From Eledone cirrhosa (Eukaryota): DNA of 64,000 nucleotides. Shown here piece after piece: positions 51,790-64,000 of this stretch (position 1 is the stretch's first letter; the number at the start of each line of letters is the position of its first letter). The DNA lies in contig OZ024741.1 in NCBI GenBank assembly GCA_964016885.1, positions 224,068,001 through 224,132,000 of the forward strand, read 5' to 3'. Both the position numbers and the translations under genes were made by a program. The notes under the pieces are model-generated. The model was not told the origin of the DNA. It saw nothing but the letters and a program-made list of their open reading frames with translations, and ran no database searches.

Positions 51790-54700
51790 GTCCTCTGTAG
51801 AGTCCCTCTGTAGAGTCCATCTGTAGAGTCCCTCTGTAGAGTCTCTCTGTAGAGTCCCTCTGTAGAGTCCCTCTGTACAGTTCCCCTGTACAGTCCCTCT
51901 GTACAGTCCCTCTGTAGAGTCCCTCTGTACAGTCCCCCTGTACAGTCCCTCTGTAGAGTCCCTCTGTAGAGTCCCTCTGTAGAGTCCATCTGTAGAGTCC
52001 CTCTGTAGAGTCCCTCTGTAGAGTCCCTCTGTAGAGTCCCTCTGTACAGTCCCCCTGTACAGTCCCTCTGTACAGTCCCTCTGTAGAGTTCATCTGTAGA
52101 GTCCCTCTGTAGAGTCCCTCTGTACAGTCCCTCTGTACAGTCCCCCTGTACAGTCCCCCTGTACAGTCCCTCTGTAGAGTCCCTCTGTAGAGTCCCTCTG
52201 TAGAGTCCATCTGTAGAGTCCCTCTGTAGAGTCCCTCTGTAGAGTCCCTCTGTAGAGTCCCTCTGTAGAGTCCCTCTGTACAGTCCCTCTGTACAGTCCC
52301 CCTGTACAGTCCCCCTGTACAGTCCCTCTGTAGAGTCCCTCTGTAGAGTCCCTCTGTAGAGTCCATCTGTAGAGTCCCTCTGTAGAGTCCCTCTGTAGAG
52401 TCCCTCTGTAGAGTCCCTCTGTAGAGTCCATCTGTAGAGTCCCTCTGTAGAGTCCCTCTGTAGAGTCCCTCTGTAGAGTTCATCTGTAGAGTCCCTCTGT
52501 AGAGTCCCCCTGTACAGTCCCTCTGTACAGTCCCCCTGTACAGTCCCTCTGTAGAGTCCATCTGTAGAGTCCCTCTGTACAGTCCCCCTGTACAGTCCAT
52601 CTGTAGAGTCCCTCTGTAGAGTCCCTCTGTAGAGTCCCTCTGTAGAGTCCCTCTGTAGAGTCCCTCTGTAGAGTCCCTCTGTACAGTCCCCCTGTACAGT
52701 CCCTCTGTACAGTCCCTCTGTACAGTCCCTCTGTAGAGTTCATCTGTAGAGTCCCCCTGTAAGTCCCCCTGTACAGTCCCCCTGTACAGTCCATCTGTAG
52801 AGTCCCTCTGTACAGTCCCCCTGTACAGTCCCTCTGTAGAGTCCCTCTGTAGAGTCCATCTGTAGAGTCCCTCTGTAGAGTCCCTCTGTAGAGTCCATCT
52901 GTAGAGTCCCTCTGTAGAGTCCCTCTGTACAGTCCCCCTGTACAGTCCCTCTGTAGAGTCCATCTGTAGAGTCCCTCTGTAGAGTCCCTCTGTAGAGTCC
53001 ATCTGTAGAGTCCATCTGTAGAGTCCCCCTGTACAGTCCCTCTGTAGAGTCCATCTGTAGAGTCCCTCTGTAGAGTCCCTCTGTACAGTCCCCCTGTACA
53101 GTCCATCTGTAGAGTCCCTCTGTAGAGTCCATCTGTAGAGTCCCTCTGTAGAGTCCCTCTGTAGAGTCCATCTGTAGAATCCCTCTGTAGAGTCCCTCTG
53201 TAGAGTCCATCTGTAGAGTCCCTCTGTAGAGTCCCTCTGTACAGTCCCCCTGTACAGTCCATCTGTAGAGTCCCCCTGTACAGTCCATCTGTAGAGTCCC
53301 CCTGTACAGTCCCTCTGTAGAGTCCATCTGTAGAGTTCCTCTGTAGAGTCCCTCTGTAGAGTCCATCTGTAGAGTCCCTCTGTAGAGTCCCTCTGTACAG
53401 TCCCCCTGTACAGTCCATCTGTAGAGTCCCTCTGTAGAGTCCCTCTGTAGAGTCCATCTGTAGAGTCCCTCTGTAGAGTCCCTCTGTAGAGTCCATCTGT
53501 AGAGTCCATCTGTAGAGTCCATCTGTAGAGTCCCTCTGTAGAGTCCATCTGTAGAGTCCATCTGTAGAGTCCATCTGTAGAGTCCCTCTGTAGAGTCCCT
53601 CTGTAGAGTCCGTCTGTAGAGTCCATCTGTAGAGTCCCTCTGTACAGTCCCCCTGTACAGTCCCTCTGTAGAGTCCCTCTGTAGAGTTCATCTGTAGAGT
53701 CCCCCTGTACAGTCCCTCTGTACAGTCCCCCTGTACAGTCCATCTGTAGAGTCCCTCTGTAGAGTCCCTCTGTACAGTCCCCCTGTACAGTCCCTCTGTA
53801 GAGTCCCTCTGTAGAGTCCATCTGTAGAGTCCCTCTGTAGAGTCCCTCTGTAGAGTCCATCTGTAGAGTCCCTCTGTAGAGTCCCTCTGTAGAGTCCATC
53901 TGTAGAGTCCCCCTGTACAGTCCCTCTGTAGAGTCCCTCTGTAGAGTCCCTCTGTAGAGTCCCTCTGTAGAGTCCATCTGTAGAGTCCATCTGTAGAGTC
54001 CCCCTGTACAGTCCATCTGTAGAGTCCATCTGTAGAGTCCCTCTGTAGAGTCCATCTGTAGAATCCCTCTGTAGAGTCCCTCTGTAGAGTCCATCTGTAG
54101 AGTCCCTCTGTAGAGTCCCTCTGTAGAGTCCCCCTGTACAGTCCCTCTGTAGAGTCCATCTGTAGAGTCCCTCTGTAGAGTCCATCTGTAGAGTCCATCT
54201 GTAGAGTCCATCTGTAGAGTCCCCCTGTACAGTCCATCTGTAGAGTCCATCTGTAGAGTCCCTCTGTAGAGTCCCTCTGTAGAGTCCATCTGTAGAATCC
54301 CTCTGTAGAGTCCCTCTGTAGAGTCCATCTGTAGAGTCCCTCTGTAGAGTCCCTCTGTAGAGTCCCCCTGTACAGTCCCTCTGTAGAGTCCATCTGTAGA
54401 GTCCATCTGTAGAGTCCCTCTGTAGAGTCCCTCTGTAGAGTCCCTCTGTAGAGTCCATCTGTAGAGTCCCTCTGTAGAGTCCATCTGTAGAGTCCCTCTG
54501 TAGAGTCCCTCTGTAGAGTCCATCTGTAGAGTCCATCTGTAGAGTCCATCTGTAGAGTCCCTCTGTAGAGTCCATCTGTAGAGTCCCTCTGTAGAGTCCC
54601 TCTGTAGAGTCCATCTGTAGAATCCCTCTGTAGAGTCCCTCTGTAGAGTCCATCTGTAGAGTCCCTCTGTAGAGTCCCTCTGTACAGTCCCCCTGTACAG

Positions 54701-56110
54701 TCCATCTGTAGAGTCCCCCTGTACAGTCCATCTGTAGAGTCCCCCTGTACAGTCCCTCTGTAGAGTCCATCTGTAGAGTTCCTCTGTAGAGTCCCTCTGT
54801 AGAGTCCATCTGTAGAGTCCCTCTGTAGAGTCCCTCTGTACAGTCCCCCTGTACAGTCCATCTGTAGAGTCCCTCTGTAGAGTCCATCTGTAGAGTCCCT
54901 CTGTAGAGTCCCTCTGTAGAGTCCATCTGTAGAGTCCATCTGTAGAGTCCATCTGTAGAGTCCCTCTGTAGAGTCCATCTGTAGAGTCCATCTGTAGAGT
55001 CCATCTGTAGAGTCCCTCTGTAGAGTCCCTCTGTAGAGTCCGTCTGTAGAGTCCATCTGTAGAGTCCCTCTGTACAGTCCCCCTGTACAGTCCCTCTGTA
55101 GAGTCCCTCTGTAGAGTTCATCTGTAGAGTCCCCCTGTACAGTCCCTCTGTACAGTCCCCCTGTACAGTCCATCTGTAGAGTCCCTCTGTAGAGTCCCTC
55201 TGTACAGTCCCCCTGTACAGTCCCTCTGTAGAGTCCCTCTGTAGAGTCCATCTGTAGAGTCCCTCTGTAGAGTCCCTCTGTAGAGTCCATCTGTAGAGTC
55301 CCTCTGTAGAGTCCCTCTGTAGAGTCCATCTGTAGAGTCCCCCTGTACAGTCCCTCTGTAGAGTCCCTCTGTAGAGTCCCTCTGTAGAGTCCCTCTGTAG
55401 AGTCCCTCTGTAGAGTCCATCTGTAGAGTCCATCTGTAGAGTCCCCCTGTACAGTCCATCTGTAGAGTCCATCTGTAGAGTCCCTCTGTAGAGTCCATCT
55501 GTAGAATCCCTCTGTAGAGTCCCTCTGTAGAGTCCATCTGTAGAGTCCCTCTGTAGAGTCCCTCTGTAGAGTCCCCCTGTACAGTCCCTCTGTAGAGTCC
55601 ATCTGTAGAGTCCCTCTGTAGAGTCCATCTGTAGAGTCCATCTGTAGAGTCCATCTGTAGAGTCCCCCTGTACAGTCCATCTGTAGAGTCCATCTGTAGA
55701 GTCCCTCTGTAGAGTCCCTCTGTAGAGTCCATCTGTAGAATCCCTCTGTAGAGTCCCTCTGTAGAGTCCATCTGTAGAGTCCCTCTGTAGAGTCCCTCTG
55801 TAGAGTCCCCCTGTACAGTCCCTCTGTAGAGTCCATCTGTAGAGTCCCTCTGTAGAGTCCATCTGTAGAGTCCCTCTGTAGAGTCCCTCTGTAGAGTCCC
55901 TCTGTAGAGTCCATCTGTAGAGTCCCTCTGTAGAGTCCATCTGTAGAGTCCCTCTGTAGAGTCCCTCTGTAGAGTCCATCTGTAGAGTCCATCTGTAGAG
56001 TCCATCTGTAGAGTCCATCTGTAGAGTCCATCTGTAGAGTCCCTCTGTAGAGTCCATCTGTAGAGACCCTCTGTAGAGTCCATCTGTAGAGTCCCCCTGT
56101 ACAGTCCCTC
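51790..56110. repeat. 13-bp satellite (CTCTGTAGAGTCC and variants ATCTGTAGAGTCC, CTCTGTACAGTCC, CCCTGTACAGTCC), ~330 units, with ~1.44-kb higher-order duplication
   Basis: Direct periodicity; rare variants recur at 1430-1443 bp and 234 bp spacing. Confidence 0.98.
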
Positions 56111-56510
56111 TTTCTCCAATACATTCTTCACATTCAGCAACCTCTCAAAGGAACATTTCCGATTTTTTTTTCTTATTGGCATCAATGGTATGTGTGCTCT
56201 TGTCATTCAGAACACATTTTGCCCAAGTAACATCTTGATACACTGCTTAACAATACACACCTTATACTTCTGATTATTTTGCCATAGAACATTGACAAAC
56301 CTTGTATTTTTCAGTTTACCTGCTATGTGTATCTGATGTCTGGTTTCTTTTCTGGATACCTGATATTGTTCCCTGAACTCCCTTTTTCTTCCAGTCTTTC
56401 TAGACCCGCCTCTCATCTTTTATGGCTATATCTACTGTACCATTTTATCACCATGTCACCTTCTGTCAAGCATCCACAGATTTGGTCAGTGACTCACAGA
56501 AGGTTGTAAC
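56111..56510 (-). mobile_element. Decayed RTE fragment (linker upstream of RT)
   Basis: Minus strand gives VKQC..GQNVF..FERLLNVKNVLEKEGL, matching [17 protein letters not shown] of the intact RTE. Confidence 0.75.
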
Positions 56511-57144
56511 ATAGAAAATCGCAGATTTCCTCTCTCTTAAAAATATCTATCTCCTCCTATAATTCTTTGAACCTATGTCTGACTGTGGAATCTTTCGATT
56601 TCCATACCATCAACATCATCAACACCACCACCACTACCATCATCATCATCATCATCATCATTCAATGTCTGTTTTCCCCGTACTTAAGTGAAACCATTGA
56701 CCTCCAGGTGGGTCGCTCCAAATTGTTTTGTGTCTCTGAGTTCATCTAGTTGTTATCTCAAAGTCCCTAATCAGTTATCTATGTTGAGTTATTCCATCTT
56801 CACTTGGAAAAGACTTGGTATTGACAGCCATCTGTCCATCCTATTTTCTCATGCATATGAAGTCTATAAGGTTTGCATGTTTGCATGATTGGTAGGTAAT
56901 CAGGTGGCTGGCTGATTTCCTCAAGTTGGTGTTGCAAATGGCTTCGTCATTTGCTTTGTAGAACTCCAAATAATAGTAGTAGTAGAACAAATGTCTAACA
57001 TAGTTACAAGACAGAAGCTGCAAAGAAGCCTGTTGTATGCATATGCATATATATATATAAATATATATATGCACACACACACACACACAGACGCACATAC
57101 ATATACATATATATATACACACACATGTATATATATATGTCTGT

Positions 57145-57371
<227 letters not shown>

Positions 57372-57415
57372 TGAGTTTTCGGCTTGTATTGGCTGATAAT
57401 GCTTCTTATAGCTTT

Positions 57416-57462
57416 AATTACTCTGATGAGTCCTTTATAGGATGAAACATTGTTGGCTAATA
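57416..57462 (+). ncRNA. Hammerhead-like motif in a ~245-bp element (57370-57615) embedded in (TA)n
   Basis: CUGAUGA GUCCU uuau AGGAU GAAA CAUUG UU; stem I imperfect. Confidence 0.55.
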
Positions 57463-57608
57463 AAGACTTTTGATGTATTGAAGGCTTCTTTGGTTTATTT
57501 TCATAATTCTTCGGCTCTGTTTAATTACATTGAGCTATACCTTTACTGTCATTTCTATAATACGAAGAGGGTGTTTAACTCCAACACACTCTAGTATTTC
57601 AATTCTTA

Positions 57609-57687
<79 letters not shown>

Positions 57688-58375
57688 AGTAGAAACGTGG
57701 TATAAATATCGAAGGGTTTGGAGCACTCAGTCCATGAGATGAGTTATGTATAATCAGTTACAGAAGTGGCTTATAAAGATGCCTAAGTTTTGTGGGGTTA
57801 ACACCGACTCAGAGTTGGTGCTGAACCCAATCAATCTTAAGTATCTACACATGTCACTTCTGTAACTGTTTATATATGTGTGTGTAAGTGTGAGTGTGTG
57901 TGTGTGTGTCAGTTGCCATGTATGTCTTCATATCAACACCATTTAAAAATAAAGGTGATGTTTGTTTATGTCCTTTGTAAACAATATATCTCACAGGGTA
58001 GTAGTTTGATGAATGCCAGTGGTATACATTTGGCTTAAAAATAAAGTATGGGTTGGGATTAGGAAGAGCACCCAGCCATAGAAAAACCACTTCAAAAGGA
58101 TTTCTTCAACTTATCTAGCCGGAAAAAAAGCAGACATAAAAATGATGATGATGATGATGATTGTGATAATGAGGTTGGCACTAGGAAGGGCTTCCAGCTG
58201 TAGAAACCAAGCTAGAATCAGTTCTGTATGAGCAAGACAGGGTCACTTGACGTGGCATTGCTCATAACAGGACAACTCGTCTAGCCCATGCTAGCATGGA
58301 AAAATGGGCGTTAAACGGTGATGATGATGATGATGATATATATATATATATATATCCCTTGATACATTTTGTATA

Positions 58376-58413
<38 letters not shown>

Positions 58414-58775
58414 ATATATAGTATATATATAAAGACATATCTCTCTCTATATATGTGTGTGTATAAATATATGGATGTGTTGCATCAATATATGCATACA
58501 CACACATACACACATACACACATACACACATACACATATTCACAGATATCACAGATATATATATATATGTAAACAATGATTTCTAGCTCTGGTACAAAAC
58601 CACACATTTTGGAGGAGGGCGTAGTTAATTGTTATAATTGCAGTAATTAACAAGAGATGAAAGGCAAAGTATTCAAGGATGGAACTAAATACTACTAGCC
58701 ATTTTGTCCAGTGCAGCAGCAATTCTGCCATTCCACCACTCTCTCCTTATATGTATGTATATATGTGTGTGTGTA

Positions 58776-58828
<53 letters not shown>

Positions 58829-58834
<6 letters not shown>

Positions 58835-59408
58835 GTTAAAAATGTACATCCACATATGTATACTGAAATACTAGTATGCATATGAATACACACACGTATA
58901 CATATGTAGATGTACCAAGTTTTTCACTGGTCACTTTACTGTGAGTGTCCAGCTATTCTGTATGTAAACACACAGACAAACCGGTTTTTAGAGTCATACT
59001 GGTTTTTGAGGAAACACCTTTCCTCTATTCTCCAGAAAGCCAGACAAGGAATATTGGACTAGTTTCGATGTTGTTACATCTCATCAGCAATATTTACCTA
59101 TCTTCCGCCCTTTCTGGAGAATCGTAAAAGCACATATCGTTATATGCTTTTTCTATGAAAATTAGTAGTGGGCAGACTAATTTGCATAGAGTGTGAGTAC
59201 GTACCGGTTCAACGGAGACGATAAAAACAAATAATGAAACGAAATTTAATTTCGTTTCGTTTGTAACTCACTTTTGTATGACTGACGCTTAAACAATTAA
59301 GTTAAAAATGTACATCCACATATGTATACTGAAATACTAGTATGCATATGAATACACACACGTATACATATGTAGATGTACCAAGTTTTTCACTGGTCAC
59401 TTTACTGT
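58829..59408 (-). mobile_element. Non-coding retrozyme-like or solo Penelope pseudo-LTR element: 466-bp unit plus 114-bp terminal redundancy
   Basis: 58829-58942 reads identical to 59295-59408; internal hammerhead; (TA)n on both sides; no ORF. Confidence 0.8.
59050..59094 (-). ncRNA. Canonical minimal type I hammerhead ribozyme
   Basis: Minus strand: AAUAUUG CUGAUGA GAUGU aaca ACAUC GAAA CUA GUC CAAUAUU. 7-bp stem I, 5-bp stem II, palindromic CUAG stem III, GUC cleavage triplet. Confidence 0.9.
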
Positions 59409-59415
59409 TATTTGT

Positions 59416-61736
<2,321 letters not shown>

Positions 61737-61865
61737 ATATATATATATGAATATATATATATATATATATATGAATATGTATATATATATATATGAATAT
61801 GTATATATATATATATGAATATATATATATATATATATATATATGAATATATATATATATATATA

Positions 61866-61903
<38 letters not shown>

Positions 61904-61921
61904 TATGTATATATATATATA

Positions 61922-61975
<54 letters not shown>

Positions 61976-61976
61976 T

Positions 61977-63300
<1,324 letters not shown>

Positions 63301-63680
63301 ATATATATATATATATATATATGATATTAATAAATGGAAACTATATTTATAAAACCATATTTATTTCATTATACATATTTCAGGGATACCAAATTAAATT
63401 ATGGTATGTCATGCATGACTTGGCAAACTATTTAGAACACTGGTTTAACCGCTTTACTTCCCTCCGAAGAAGAGATATTAACTCGAAAATTAAGGACATT
63501 TAAATAAATCTAAGGTAAAAGACAATATCTTTTGTCAACAATATCTTTTGCATTTGCATTCTTTATTCTATGTCCATACCTGCATTGTTTTGGCTTTATT
63601 ATACATATACAAACGTTTATACCTCATTACACAATGCTTCAAGTGAACTATAACCTCCTCTATATATATATATATATATA

Positions 63681-63870
63681 TAATATAGAAATGGCTTCTA
63701 CAGGACTAGAACTATTTCATTCGGGAGTAATCATCAGGAAGCCCGAATGATTTCTCCCAAATGAAATAGTTCTAGTCCTGTAGAAGCCATTTCTATATTA
63801 AATATTTATACTCTGCAATGTATTGAGTACCTTACTGTGATTACCACTGATTGAACTCGGGATAAACATA
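63681..63870. mobile_element. HH-B family copy forming a ~120-bp palindrome of two opposed hammerhead motifs
   Basis: Arms 63681-63734 and 63747-63800. Minus strand 63743-63693: GGCUUC CUGAUGA uuacucccgaau GAAA UAG uucuaguc CUG UA GAAGCC. Confidence 0.78.
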
Positions 63871-64000
63871 TATATATATATATATTTATGTATATATATA
63901 TACACACTAGCAGAAGTTCCTGCTATTGCCTGGGTTAAAGAAAATAATGAAATTTCATCCATACTAGGGTATATCTGAAACTTCTAATATAGCTGTTTCT

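Noticed and set aside
51770-56206. DSTEGLYRGTLQ repeat proteins up to 1214 aa
   Set aside because: 13-bp unit without stops on the minus strand; the same peptide appears in all three frames.
63905-64000. ACTAGCAGAAG..GCTATTGCCTGGG resembling a Helentron/DINE-like 5' end
   Set aside because: Too short and cut by the window edge to support.

Overview
Eukaryotic, gene-poor, repeat-saturated DNA. The (TA)n/(GAT)n/(CCA)n microsatellites, tRNA-derived CORE- and Meta-type SINEs and RTE LINEs suggest a coleoid cephalopod, probably Octopus (inference). No complete host gene is visible. There is one plausible spliced coding exon (5872-6258, +) with a partial upstream duplicate, so the window may be mostly intron. 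Roughly half the window is simple or mini-satellite (5-, 13-, 15-, 26-, ~36- and ~150-bp units), and nearly all long ORFs in the track are translations of these. The rest is a layered transposon record: three CRE-clade (RT + restriction-like endonuclease) fragments; RTE LINEs (a young 5'-truncated copy with an uninterrupted RT+PHD frame, decayed copies, a 3'UTR-only copy and an internally deleted C2H2-bearing derivative); two Penelope-like GIY-YIG elements; a decayed Gypsy-type LTR element; hAT, pogo/Tc and piggyBac-type MITEs; and many SINEs. The most notable signals are hammerhead ribozyme motifs in short non-coding elements, especially a perfect minimal type I hammerhead inside a 466-bp, terminally redundant, retrozyme-like unit (58829-59408). 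Also notable are a 4.3-kb 13-bp satellite apparently born from an RTE coding segment, and two SINE subfamilies inserted at the same site of two MITE copies. All calls come from reading by eye; no searches or folding programs were run.
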